Source of the DNA: an uncultured Clostridia bacterium
GTDB taxonomy: Bacteria > Bacillota > Clostridia > Christensenellales > UBA1242
DNA: 64,000 nucleotides
NCBI GenBank assembly: GCA_944384465.1
Contig: CALWTK010000004.1
Span: 5,257-69,256, forward strand
Reading direction: 5' to 3'
Below the pieces are notes generated by a model. That model saw nothing but the letters and a program-made list of their open reading frames with translations, ran no database searches and was not told where the DNA came from. The translations under genes were made by a program, and so were the position numbers. This document shows, piece by piece, positions 40,645 to 50,312 of this stretch (the stretch's first letter is position 1; each line of letters begins with the position of its first letter).

Positions 40645-41499
40645 ATGGATAAAATAATATTTAAGGATGAATATCACGAAGGTTTTGCTTGTGTACAGTT
40701 AGATGACGGGAAATGGACATTTGTTGACAGCAACGGGAAATTGCAAGCAGGAAGATATAAAGCGGCAGGTGATTATTACGAAGGTTTTGCTGCTGTACGG
40801 TTAGATGACGGCAAAGTGGCATATATCGACAGCAACGGGAAATTGCAAGCAGGAAGATATAAAGCGGCAGGTGATTATTACGAAGGTTTTGCTCATGTAC
40901 AGTTAGATGACGAGAAATGGGCATTTGTAGACCGCAATGGAAAACTGCAAGCAGGAAGATATAAAGAGGCAGGTGATTATTACGAAGGTTTTGCTGCTGT
41001 ACAGTTAGCTGACGGGAAATGGACATTTGTTGACAGCAACGGGAAATTGCAAGAAGGAAGATATAAAGCGGCAGGGTTATATCACGAAGGTTTTGCTTGT
41101 GTACAGTTAGATGACGGGTTAGAAGCAAAGGTTGACTATGTTGGCAATTTAGCTATGTCAAAAGAAGAATTGAAAAGACTTGTTTCAAAAAATCCTAAAT
41201 ATTACAAACTTATTCCTACAAAATATTTTGAAGATAAAAATTTTATAAAAGAAATAAATGATATTATGAAAAGTGTCTTATCCGAATACATTGAAGGAAT
41301 TCAAGCAGATCCAAGAGCTATAGATAAAAGCGAAGATGAATTAGAAGAACTTGTTAAATTTGTAAATGAAATTATGGACATGGTTAATGCAAAAAATACA
41401 CAAGTGAGAAAACAATTGGAAATTAAACAGCAAAAACTCGAAAAATTAAATAAAATAAAAGAAGATATATTAAGTGAAATTAATACATTAGGAGAATGA
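40645..41499 (+). CDS. WG-repeat (KWG-type) protein with a C-terminal coiled coil
   Basis: About five 34-aa repeats EGFA.VQLDDGKW.FVDSNGKLQAGRYKAAGDYY. The ATG at 40645 lies 6 nt after GGAG; the track ORF starts at 40633. Confidence 0.8.
   Translation: MDKIIFKDEYHEGFACVQLDDGKWTFVDSNGKLQAGRYKAAGDYYEGFAAVRLDDGKVAYIDSNGKLQAGRYKAAGDYYEGFAHVQLDDEKWAFVDRNGKLQAGRYKEAGDYYEGFAAVQLADGKWTFVDSNGKLQEGRYKAAGLYHEGFACVQLDDGLEAKVDYVGNLAMSKEELKRLVSKNPKYYKLIPTKYFEDKNFIKEINDIMKSVLSEYIEGIQADPRAIDKSEDELEELVKFVNEIMDMVNAKNTQVRKQLEIKQQKLEKLNKIKEDILSEINTLGE
40678..41118 (+). repeat. In-frame tandem repeat, 102-bp unit x 4.3, inside the WG-repeat gene
   Basis: Units start at 40678, 40780, 40882, 40984 and 41086. Long stretches are identical between units. 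Confidence 0.9.
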
Positions 41500-41500
41500 T

Positions 41501-41608
41501 ATGGATATAAAAGGGTTTGAAGAAATAAAAAAAGAGTTATTAGAACTTATTAAAGATTTTTTTGACAACAATTATATCAGAAAAGCAAAAAAAAGTAAAA
41601 AAGATTAG
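41501..41608 (+). CDS. Possible small ORF (35 aa) coupled to the WG-repeat gene
   Basis: AGGAG lies 6 nt upstream of the ATG at 41501, within an ...TGATATG... junction. Product MDIKGFEEIKKELLELIKDFFDNNYIRKAKKSKKD. Below the ORF-track size cutoff. Confidence 0.3.
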   Translation: MDIKGFEEIKKELLELIKDFFDNNYIRKAKKSKKD

Positions 41609-41632
41609 ATCATTTTGAAATAAGTAAAAGAA

Positions 41633-41671
41633 GAAAGATAATGTGTTTTATTAGATTTGCATTATCTTTTT
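41633..41671 (+). terminator. Putative terminator after the WG-repeat cassette
   Basis: 10-bp stem AAAGATAATG/CATTATCTTT with a 16-nt loop, running into a T tract. Confidence 0.45.
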
Positions 41672-41818
41672 TGTTAGTTAGAGAAATCAATTATTAAGCT
41701 TAAGATTTTCTGAAACTAGCAAAAAAATAAAAGGAGCTTACACATAAATTAAAGTTCCTTTTTATATCAGTTTCAAAAATAATAGACTAAATTTAATCTT
41801 TTTTTTCGTCCTTAGTAT

Positions 41819-42568
41819 TTATGCCCCTTCTATCAACATTTTGTCCGCCACCAACGCTATAAATTCACCATTCGTTGGCTTCTCGTTGCTAGAGTACACT
41901 TTGATGCCAAAAAGATTATTTATATTTTCTATTTTCCCTCTATTCCATGCTACCTCAATTGCGTGTCTTATTGCTCGCTCAACTTTGGATGCACTTGTGT
42001 CATATTTCTCAGCTATAGTAGGATACAATTTTTTGGTTATAGAATTGATGATCTCTGGGTTAGCGATAGCAAGTTTGATCGCTTCTCTTAAGAACTGATA
42101 ACCTTTTATATGCGCTGGAATCCCTACAGTGATAAATATGTTGGTAATCTTTTCTTCAATATGATTAGTTGTCTTTGCATTGAAAAACACTTTAGACTGC
42201 GCCTCTGGGCTCATGATGTCATTAATCCTATCTTTTAACGTCTGAATGTCAAAAGGTTTAATACAATAATACTTGGCACCTAATGATATAGCTTTGTTTA
42301 TAAAGCCATCAATTGACAATGAAGATTGCACGATTACCTTTGTTTTGATGTTTTTAGGCAAACTTTCCAACACTTTGAAGCCATCACATTTTTGCAAAAC
42401 GATGTCCATGATAACTATATCAGGTGAATACTTATTGATTAGTTCAATCAACTTGTCCCCTTCTGTAGTTGTCGCTAAAATTTCATACTTTTCTTCTGTG
42501 AAATTTTTTATCATTTCTTCTAAAACATTTTTATCTTCATCTGCCAGTACCATTGTTGTTTTTTTCAT
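41819..42568 (-). CDS. spo0A: Sporulation master regulator Spo0A
   Basis: Receiver domain (VLADED, IVIMDIVL, CIKPF) plus the Spo0A-specific C-terminal domain (GIPAHIKGYQFLREAI, SKVERAIRHAIEVAWNRG). The ATG at 42568 follows AGGGGGA. Confidence 0.92.
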   Translation of the reverse strand: MKKTTMVLADEDKNVLEEMIKNFTEEKYEILATTTEGDKLIELINKYSPDIVIMDIVLQKCDGFKVLESLPKNIKTKVIVQSSLSIDGFINKAISLGAKYYCIKPFDIQTLKDRINDIMSPEAQSKVFFNAKTTNHIEEKITNIFITVGIPAHIKGYQFLREAIKLAIANPEIINSITKKLYPTIAEKYDTSASKVERAIRHAIEVAWNRGKIENINNLFGIKVYSSNEKPTNGEFIALVADKMLIEGA

Positions 42569-42917
42569 AAATCCCCCTATTATTTTATTACCCGTAGGCA
42601 CATGACTATATTAGCAAATTGTTACATATTTTTATAAAAGAAAAATTTATTAATTTGAGTATATTTTGGTTTTTATTGAATTAAAACCCTTAAATTGTCG
42701 AAAACCATTTACAAACAAAGTCAAAATGAATTGGAATTGAACGATTTATATTATAAAACAGCTATTTTTTCTGTAAATTAACGAATTATAAATCATTTCA
42801 ATTAATATGATAGAAATAGATAAAATAACTTGGAAGAATGTTTTAATTTGCTTGAATTTAATTTTAATATCATATTTTTTAATTTTAATTTATACATTAT
42901 AAAGACAGGAGGCGAAG

Positions 42918-44429
42918 ATGGAAGAAAATCTCGACTTAATAAAAATCACCTATGCAAAAAATCTTAACAAACTTAATTTCAGTTCCCTAATCAGTGTACC
43001 TATCAACTCGAACGTGAATGTGAAAACTGTTTTAAATGTTGATAGTTATATTTTTGATGAAAAAGTAGAGTGTGGAAACGGCAAAGCAATAATCACTGGA
43101 AAGTTAGGAGTGAAAGTACTGTATATTGACACGGATAACATAACAAATATTGTGACTGACAATGAAAGCTTCAGTGAGACTTTTGTTGATGAGAGCATCA
43201 CAAGCGATTGTTTCATCAATATTTCAAACGCGTCAGTCGTTGGCAATATTTTGTCCAGTGACAAGACTTTGAAAATCAATTGTGACGTCAACCTCTCCCC
43301 CACACTTTATATGAACCTAGCTTTAAATACCAATAACACATCTTTTGAAAACTTAATTGTAAAAAAGAGCGAAATCTCAACCAATACCATTGCTTGCAAT
43401 GTCGACACAGCTTTCGAATATTCTACCAACATAGAGACAAAGGACAATGTGACGAAAATCTTGTGTTATGACGCCTACTTTACCCCAACTAGTTTGTCTT
43501 CTTATGATGAATATGCTGTGGTGGAAGGTAAACTCTATTCAAAACTCGTTTACGAGTCAACCAATGATGACGAAAGTGTGATAAAAGAGATTTGCGATAC
43601 GTTCAATTTGAAAAGCGAAATCAACATACCAAATATAACTAAAGATTGTCTGACTGATTTTAATTTTTCTATAGACAAATCAAAAGAAAACATCACAACC
43701 GAGATGGAAGACAACAACAATGTGATCACAATTACTCACAACATAAAAGTAAATGGTGTATGCATTAAAACGATTTCTGTAGACATGATTGATGATATGT
43801 ACAGCGTTGATAACGAGATTGACATCAGTATGAGCAAGCGAGATTATACGAAAAATATGCAAACTGAGTTTGTCTCTGACAACATCTCAGGTGAGATAAC
43901 TATAGATGACAGCGAGACTGCAATTGATGAAATTATATCAAACTTGAATATCAACGCAGAAATCACCAACCAATATCTAAAGGACAATTGTCTGTATATA
44001 GAAGGGATTATATCTTCGCACATTATATACTTAGATGAAAACAAAGAGATAAAACATAAACCAGTGGAATTGCCATTTATCATCAATACCAAGATAAAAT
44101 TAGAGCAACTGGACTGCATTCATTCTTGCATAAGCGTAATAGACAACAAAATCAAAGTAAAACGCGGCACGATAATCGAACTTGAGTACTATATCTCAAT
44201 AATGATAAACATTTATCAAAAGGACTCAAAAGAAATTATTGACAACATGGTGATAGGTAAACCTTTAGATTTTTCGAATGTTGACTATCAAATATTTATT
44301 GCCAAACCGAATGAAACAGTATGGGATTTATGTAAAAGGGTAAAAATTTCTCCAGACGACATCTCAAAATACAACAAAGATCTTCCACTCATCATGGAAG
44401 GTAGCGAAAAGGTCATAATAAAAAGATAA
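42918..44429 (+). CDS. DUF3794/SPOCS-like repeat protein with a C-terminal LysM-like domain
   Basis: 503 aa, beta-rich. The C-terminus YQIFIAKPNETVWDLCKRVKISPDDISKYNKDL fits the LysM pattern. Confidence 0.45.
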   Translation: MEENLDLIKITYAKNLNKLNFSSLISVPINSNVNVKTVLNVDSYIFDEKVECGNGKAIITGKLGVKVLYIDTDNITNIVTDNESFSETFVDESITSDCFINISNASVVGNILSSDKTLKINCDVNLSPTLYMNLALNTNNTSFENLIVKKSEISTNTIACNVDTAFEYSTNIETKDNVTKILCYDAYFTPTSLSSYDEYAVVEGKLYSKLVYESTNDDESVIKEICDTFNLKSEINIPNITKDCLTDFNFSIDKSKENITTEMEDNNNVITITHNIKVNGVCIKTISVDMIDDMYSVDNEIDISMSKRDYTKNMQTEFVSDNISGEITIDDSETAIDEIISNLNINAEITNQYLKDNCLYIEGIISSHIIYLDENKEIKHKPVELPFIINTKIKLEQLDCIHSCISVIDNKIKVKRGTIIELEYYISIMINIYQKDSKEIIDNMVIGKPLDFSNVDYQIFIAKPNETVWDLCKRVKISPDDISKYNKDLPLIMEGSEKVIIKR

Positions 44430-44457
44430 GAAGTTAGCTTTTGCTAACTTCTTTTTT
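44430..44457 (+). terminator. Rho-independent terminator
   Basis: Stem GAAGTTAGC/GCTAACTTC with loop TTTT, followed by T6 (44452-44457). Confidence 0.7.
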
Positions 44458-44662
44458 AAAAATCAACCAAACCCACCAAATAATCAATAGAGCAATTGAA
44501 GAATTTAGCTAGTTCAATAAAATAATCTATGTAAGGAGTCCGTTCCCCTTTTCCCCATTTGGCTATTGTCGCCTGTTTTAACCCCAACTTTTCAGCTAAC
44601 TCGGCCTGTGTCAGTCCCATTTCTTTTCTGAGAAGCTTTAACCTTTTAGAAAATTTATTCAT
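44456..44662 (-). CDS. XRE-family helix-turn-helix transcriptional regulator
   Basis: 68 aa. LKLLRKEMGLTQAELAEKLGLKQATIAKWGKGERTP is a canonical HTH_3 pattern. Confidence 0.85.
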   Translation of the reverse strand: MNKFSKRLKLLRKEMGLTQAELAEKLGLKQATIAKWGKGERTPYIDYFIELAKFFNCSIDYLVGLVDF

Positions 44663-44765
44663 AATACCCCTACAAATATTATGACAAATTAAAATTTAAA
44701 TTATTTAATAATGGCAAAGTGCTATAAAGTGAGCAGAATAAAAAAAAGAAATGGCCTCGCCATTT

Positions 44766-45791
44766 CTATAAATTTAATGCTTCTGTAATTTTTTTGCAGA
44801 CATAATCTCCCGATTGGCCTAAATTTACACCACCGTTAACAATCTTGTTGACTGCTTCTGTTATAGGCATCTGAACCTGACTATCATCATTGGCAATCTT
44901 ATTGTATGCCCCCAACCTTTTTAAAAGTGCTTTTGATGTCATGATACCTTCAACACTTTCAATATCGACAAACGGCTGTATCTTGTTTCTGTCCAAACTG
45001 GCAGCTCTTACAATCAATTTCCCATAAGTCAAATTTTTGCTATTTTGATCAAAGAGAGTAGCCTGAAAATCTCCTAGTAAAGCCAAGCCCTCAGCCGTCT
45101 CTTTGTCTCCTCCCACCGCGTCAATGAATTTTGACATCTCTTTTACTGCTGCTACCATGAGAGGTCCTTTCTTTTGTTCAAAACCGCTTCCTTCAAGCAC
45201 CCCCGCAGCAATTCCATATACATTTTTTGCCGCCGCTGCGTATTCTGTCCCTATGATGTCTTTTGAACTATATATGTCCATAAAATTTTTCTTTTCAAAT
45301 ATTTTTACCAACTCTTTGGAATATGCTCGTTCGTAAGCGGACACTACCATATTGGTAGGTTTACCTGCTGTAATAGATTGTACATGTCCAGGACCTACCC
45401 AAACGGCAATGTTATGCTTTTTTACACCGTTGTCCATCAAGATTTCGCTCAGACGCCTACCTGTCGCAGCTTCAATCCCTTTCATACATATGCAATATTT
45501 TTTATCTTCATATCCTTTGACTTTTTTCACCGATTGCATCAAATTGTCCAACTTTTGACTAAGTATAGAAATGATTACAATGTCTCCAAAATTCAAGGCG
45601 TCATCTAGACTATGTGTGAAACTAACTTTATTTGACAAGCGCACATATTGGTTAGCGTGCGTTTTAAACAAATTGCTCTCTTCCCTGTCATCATGACTTC
45701 TCTCCCACATCAAAATATCATAATTGTTTTGCTCCATACAATAGGCAATACATGAAGCCCAACGCCCAGTTCCTAAAATACTAATCTTCAT
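44766..45791 (-). CDS. gpsA: NAD(P)H-dependent glycerol-3-phosphate dehydrogenase
   Basis: N-terminal Rossmann fold MKISILGTGRWAS. C-terminal domain AAAKNVYGIAAGVLEG...KEMSKF. Confidence 0.8.
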   Translation of the reverse strand: MKISILGTGRWASCIAYCMEQNNYDILMWERSHDDREESNLFKTHANQYVRLSNKVSFTHSLDDALNFGDIVIISILSQKLDNLMQSVKKVKGYEDKKYCICMKGIEAATGRRLSEILMDNGVKKHNIAVWVGPGHVQSITAGKPTNMVVSAYERAYSKELVKIFEKKNFMDIYSSKDIIGTEYAAAAKNVYGIAAGVLEGSGFEQKKGPLMVAAVKEMSKFIDAVGGDKETAEGLALLGDFQATLFDQNSKNLTYGKLIVRAASLDRNKIQPFVDIESVEGIMTSKALLKRLGAYNKIANDDSQVQMPITEAVNKIVNGGVNLGQSGDYVCKKITEALNL

Positions 45792-47304
45792 CTTGATCCT
45801 CTTTATCTAATGGTTTTGTTATAGGGAACAAAATTGTGTCCCTAATATTTTCACAGTCAAGGATATGATACAAGAATACATCAATACCAAAACCTATACC
45901 TGATATTGGTGGAAATCCGTGCTCCATAGCCAAAATGTATTCTTTGTCATAATCCATCGCTTCAGCATCACCACGCTGTTTAGCTTTAGCCTGTTCTTCA
46001 AACCCCTTTTTCTGTTGGATAGGATTTACCAGCTCGCTGTAACCCTTCACCATTTCTTGTCCGTCAATAACCAACTGGAACATTTCAATTATCCTGTCGT
46101 CCGCATCGCTGTAACGCACTAGTGGCACTACATTAGGATAATTATATAGAATTGTCGGTTCAATTATGTTTGGACGCATCTTTCTTTTATATAAAAGGTC
46201 AATTATCCCACCTACTGTAAATTGATCCTTTAACTCGTAATCTTCTAGCAAATTCTTTTCTAGTACCAATTTCTTGAATTCGTCTACATCTGTCATATCC
46301 AAGACATTGAAGCCCAATATTTCGTTCAATGTTGCCACATAGTCAAGTCTTGGGAATATCTCAGGGAGTTTAATCGTCCTACCATTAGCCGTAAACTCGT
46401 ATTTCCCGAACACATAGTGACAAACTTCTCTAAACATCTCGGTATAAAACTTTATGCTGTCCTCAAAATCCCAATATGCAGCGTAACTTTCTAGCATGGT
46501 AAATTCTTGCAATTTGTCCACACAAAGACCTTCATTCCTAAAATCTTTTGCAATCTCGAACACTTTGTCAAAACCGCAGGCAATAGTCCTTTTCAAAAAT
46601 GTTTCAGGAGAAATGCGCAAGTTCATATCAAGATCTAGCGCATTGTGATGAGTCTTGAATGGCTTTGCTAGCGCTCCGCCTACCGCGTTTTGCAAAATCG
46701 GTGTTTCAACTTCCAAAAAGCCATGTTTGATATAAAATTCACGTATAAATTGTGTGACCTTAAACCTGGTCAAAATTATATCCCTGCTGCGCTCGTTGGC
46801 AATTATATCCAAATATCTCTGTCTATATCTGCTGTCTACATCAACAAGTCCATGGAATTTTTCAGGCAAACCGCGCAACGCCTTTGATAGCAATTCAAAT
46901 TTTTCCACCTGAACAGTCAACTCTCCCGTTTGAGTACGGATTAATTCACCGCTGACTCCCACGAAATCACCAATATCACAGAATTCTTTGAATTTTTTGA
47001 GCGCTTCTTCACCCACAATGTTTTGTGATAGGCTGATTTGAACACTTGTCCTCAGTTTTTCATCAAACTTGTATTCAAAGTTATCCCCTATAGCGTATAG
47101 TCTGGCAAAAATTAGTTTGCCGAACGTTCTTTTGAATGTCATACGTCCAGCAACTTTCACTTTTGTCCCCAATTCGTATTTTTCTAGGTCATGGATCTCA
47201 TGAGTCTTATTGAATTTTGCCTTGTAAGCTTTTTCCCCCATTTCTTCCAATCGCTTAACTTTATCTACTTTTATCTCAAATTCACTTAGAGCTTCGTTTT
47301 CCAT
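45781..47304 (-). CDS. lysS: Lysine--tRNA ligase (class II)
   Basis: OB-fold N-terminal domain (VKVAGRMTFKR), RYRQRYLD, class II motifs and GFGIDV at the C-terminus. The ATG at 47304 follows AAGAGG. Confidence 0.9.
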   Translation of the reverse strand: MENEALSEFEIKVDKVKRLEEMGEKAYKAKFNKTHEIHDLEKYELGTKVKVAGRMTFKRTFGKLIFARLYAIGDNFEYKFDEKLRTSVQISLSQNIVGEEALKKFKEFCDIGDFVGVSGELIRTQTGELTVQVEKFELLSKALRGLPEKFHGLVDVDSRYRQRYLDIIANERSRDIILTRFKVTQFIREFYIKHGFLEVETPILQNAVGGALAKPFKTHHNALDLDMNLRISPETFLKRTIACGFDKVFEIAKDFRNEGLCVDKLQEFTMLESYAAYWDFEDSIKFYTEMFREVCHYVFGKYEFTANGRTIKLPEIFPRLDYVATLNEILGFNVLDMTDVDEFKKLVLEKNLLEDYELKDQFTVGGIIDLLYKRKMRPNIIEPTILYNYPNVVPLVRYSDADDRIIEMFQLVIDGQEMVKGYSELVNPIQQKKGFEEQAKAKQRGDAEAMDYDKEYILAMEHGFPPISGIGFGIDVFLYHILDCENIRDTILFPITKPLDKEDQDED

Positions 47305-47435
47305 AATAACCTCTTTTAAAAGTATAGCAGCAAACCCTAAAATTGTCAATACCTTAAAAACTTTCGCTCGTTTTTCTTCCTTTATTCTTTAAATATATTA
47401 TTGACACTACTCTATTATTTAGATAAAATATCATT

Positions 47436-48239
47436 ATGAAAGAAATATTTATAGACAAAAAAGATAACAATTTTCAATATATAGAAACCTTGAAAAGAAA
47501 TCGAACTAAACGAAACAACAACCATGAATTTTTTGTCGAAGGTGTTAGGAACATAAATCTTGCAGTTAAACACAATTGGAAGATAAAGCATTGGATTTAC
47601 AATTCTCAAAAATTGTCCAATTGGGCAAGCGAAAAAATAAAGTCGGTCAAAACTGAAGTCAATTATAATGTATCACAAACTTTACTGGACGAGTTGAGCG
47701 ACAAGACAGACAAGTCTGAATTGTTGGCAGTCATTGAAATGAAAGACCGCACGGTGAAAATAACAAAAAATCCTTTTATTGTAATCTTTGATCGTCCCTC
47801 AAAAAAAGGCAATTTAGGTGCAATCATGCGAAGTGCGGACGCTTTTGGATGTGATGGAATAATTATTGTCGGTCATTCGGTCGATCTGTATGACATGGAA
47901 GTGATACGTGCAAGTATGGGATCGTTTTTCGTTGTCGACACACAAATCGTCAACCAAAAAGAAGAACTGCTAAAATTGTTTGATGAGTTGAAAAATAAAT
48001 TCCCAGACTTAAAAATAATATCAGCAGATGAAAAAGGAGAAAGCAATTTAAACGATACAGATCTCACCACACCTACAATCATTTTAATAGGAAATGAAAA
48101 TCTTGGACTTAGCAAATTCTTGCTTGATGTGAGCAATATAAAAGTAAAAATACCTATGGTCGGTGAAGCGTCTAGTTTGAACGCGTCCAATGCTGCAGCG
48201 ATATTTATGTACGAATTGTTCACACAAAGAAAAAAATAA
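47436..48239 (+). CDS. TrmH/SpoU-family RNA 2'-O-methyltransferase
   Basis: GNLGAIMRSADAFGCDGIII, LIGNENLGLS and SLNASNAAAIFMYE motifs. Confidence 0.85.
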   Translation: MKEIFIDKKDNNFQYIETLKRNRTKRNNNHEFFVEGVRNINLAVKHNWKIKHWIYNSQKLSNWASEKIKSVKTEVNYNVSQTLLDELSDKTDKSELLAVIEMKDRTVKITKNPFIVIFDRPSKKGNLGAIMRSADAFGCDGIIIVGHSVDLYDMEVIRASMGSFFVVDTQIVNQKEELLKLFDELKNKFPDLKIISADEKGESNLNDTDLTTPTIILIGNENLGLSKFLLDVSNIKVKIPMVGEASSLNASNAAAIFMYELFTQRKK

Positions 48240-48262
48240 GGCAAACTGCCTTATTATTTTTT
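48229..48262. terminator. Bidirectional terminator between trmH-like and jag
   Basis: A-run, 9-bp stem AATAAGGCA/TGCCTTATT (48235-48255), then a T-run. Confidence 0.7.
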
Positions 48263-49003
48263 GAATATTGGTTTTACAACCACATGTCGCTTTTCTCCCT
48301 CGCCTGTTGACTCGGTGGTCACGTCATCTCTATCTTGCAAGGTCGTATGAACAATTCTTCTTTCATAAGCGTTCATTGGGTCAAGGTGAATATTTCGCTC
48401 TATCTTTATAGCTTGCTCTGCTGTCTTGTTCGCTAGATCAATTATCGCTTGATTTCTATTTTGTTTGTATCCGTCCACATCAAGATACATGCGAACAGGT
48501 CCTTCATGTCGCAATTTTAATCCAGACAAAAGCATCTGTAATGCTTGAATATTTTCACCATGAAAACCTATGAGTTTCCCTAATTTTTCACCTTTAATTG
48601 AAAAAGACAATTCATTTTCATTAGCGACACAATCTACAGTCGCATTTTCATCTATCATCTTTGCTAAACCTAGTAAAAATTCTTTTCCCTTTTCTTTTAG
48701 ACGAGTTGTGTCCACAATACGTTTTTTCTTCTCTACTTTAACTTCTTCCGTGTTTTCTTCCACTTCGTCATTAGATGTATCTACTGATTCGATCTCATTT
48801 TCGCCGTCTTCTATTGTGTCAGGCTCTTCAATAGGGGGCTCATCTTTCTTTTCTTCACCCCAAGTCAAAATCACTTTTGCTTTTTTGAATAGTCCACCAT
48901 TTTCAATGACTTTAACTTCCACATCTTCACGTCTCATGCCACATTCCAAAAGTCCATTTTGAATAGCTAATTCTACGCTTTTCCCAGTTGCTTCAATTTG
49001 CAT
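48254..49003 (-). CDS. jag: Jag/KhpB RNA-binding protein (Jag_N, KH, R3H)
   Basis: The C-terminus ERRIVHTTLQDRDDVTTESTGEGEKRHVVVKP is an R3H motif. Conserved position after yidC. Confidence 0.85.
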   Translation of the reverse strand: MQIEATGKSVELAIQNGLLECGMRREDVEVKVIENGGLFKKAKVILTWGEEKKDEPPIEEPDTIEDGENEIESVDTSNDEVEENTEEVKVEKKKRIVDTTRLKEKGKEFLLGLAKMIDENATVDCVANENELSFSIKGEKLGKLIGFHGENIQALQMLLSGLKLRHEGPVRMYLDVDGYKQNRNQAIIDLANKTAEQAIKIERNIHLDPMNAYERRIVHTTLQDRDDVTTESTGEGEKRHVVVKPIFKK

Positions 49004-49014
49004 AATCTTCTCTC

Positions 49015-50049
49015 CTATTTTCTATAATTTCTACTGTACTCTACCACTTCTACATTTTTCTTTTTCAACAATACGTCTCCGTCCTTGCTGTTTTTATTTT
49101 TAGAACGAATTATCAATGTCAAAATCGTTGATATGATCGCTGTCATAAGCGAGTTGACAATAACATATAATGTAAACACAACGTTAGATGTCAGCGCCAA
49201 TATCAGCATGGTCAAAGGAATTACCACCATCATAATCTTGTTCATCATGTTCATCTTTTGACCCTTTTTGCTGAGTAGTTTTGCAGACAAGAATTGGGTC
49301 AAGAACGACACCAGAACAGCCAAAATGATTATAACATAATAACCATTGACATCATTTCCGTCACCTACAATTATACTTACTATATTATCATACCTTGCTT
49401 GCGCCAGCTCCCTTTTTTCATCAGCCAAACCATAATGATCAGCATAGGCGGCAAAGTCCACAAACTGACTAGTATTCGTGTCTGATTTCCACACATTTTT
49501 GATCCACATCCAACTGTTTTGCTCGCTCAATTCGTCGTACTTGTCTTGTACCACTGTTGCCACATATTCGTCCATAGACAAATCCGTTTCAATGGTCGCA
49601 TAATTTTCTTCTGCTTGAACGTACGCAGTGTCCAACTCTTGATAAGTGGTATATAGTTTTTCTTCACCATACGAACGTATACTAGAATACAATGTAAACA
49701 AAACTACAACTGAAATTAGTAATGTGATCAGCATTGTGAAGCACATCCCGCCAATACTTACATTATATTTTTTGTACAATTTTGTCGTCTCTTGATTTAG
49801 CTTGTCTCTATCGTTACCATATTTTGCCTTGAGTTCTTCCATCTCGGGTTGCATTGCCGCATTCGCACTCGCCTGTTTTTGAGATTGAAGGCGCTGAATT
49901 ATATCTAATGGACTCAACACAAGTTTCAAACAAATAGTAAAAACTATGATTGCCCAACCATAATTAACAATCCAATCAGCGAAAAAATCGATAATAATAG
50001 CCCAAAAATTGTTGGCTAAAAGTAAACTGATACTGTTCAACATTTCCAT
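49015..50049 (-). CDS. yidC: Membrane protein insertase YidC/SpoIIIJ
   Basis: WAIIVFTICLKLVLSPL..., MQPEMEELKAKYGNDRDKLNQETTKLYKKYNV and multiple TM segments. Confidence 0.88.
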   Translation of the reverse strand: MEMLNSISLLLANNFWAIIIDFFADWIVNYGWAIIVFTICLKLVLSPLDIIQRLQSQKQASANAAMQPEMEELKAKYGNDRDKLNQETTKLYKKYNVSIGGMCFTMLITLLISVVVLFTLYSSIRSYGEEKLYTTYQELDTAYVQAEENYATIETDLSMDEYVATVVQDKYDELSEQNSWMWIKNVWKSDTNTSQFVDFAAYADHYGLADEKRELAQARYDNIVSIIVGDGNDVNGYYVIIILAVLVSFLTQFLSAKLLSKKGQKMNMMNKIMMVVIPLTMLILALTSNVVFTLYVIVNSLMTAIISTILTLIIRSKNKNSKDGDVLLKKKNVEVVEYSRNYRK

Positions 50050-50312
50050 TTATAATTCCCTAACAAATTCATTTTGGGAAAATCATAGCCCGCTTCATGA
50101 TTAGGTCTACACCTGACCAAACGTTTTATAGCCAAGACGGTTCCCCAAATTGCTCCAAATTCAATTAAACAATCCCAAGCATATTTGCTGCATGTAGGGA
50201 TATATCTGCAACTATCAGACAAGGCATATCTAATTACCTTTCTATAAATCCACAATAACATCAATTCTAGTATAGTGATAGGAAAAGTGATGATATAATA
50301 TAATCTAAACAT
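50037..50312 (-). CDS. yidD: Membrane protein insertion efficiency factor YidD
   Basis: CRYIPTCSKYAWDCLIEFG motif. Overlaps both rnpA and yidC. Confidence 0.85.
   Translation of the reverse strand: MFRLYYIITFPITILELMLLWIYRKVIRYALSDSCRYIPTCSKYAWDCLIEFGAIWGTVLAIKRLVRCRPNHEAGYDFPKMNLLGNYKWKC

Noticed and set aside
40678-41118. Diversity-generating retroelement (template/variable repeats).
   Set aside because: No reverse transcriptase is nearby. The differences between units are not adenine-specific. All copies are in-frame modules of one protein.
40661-41128. 155-aa minus-strand ORF with a repetitive sequence.
   Set aside because: It is the antisense shadow of the WG-repeat coding region. The + strand frame encodes a recognisable repeat family and has an RBS.
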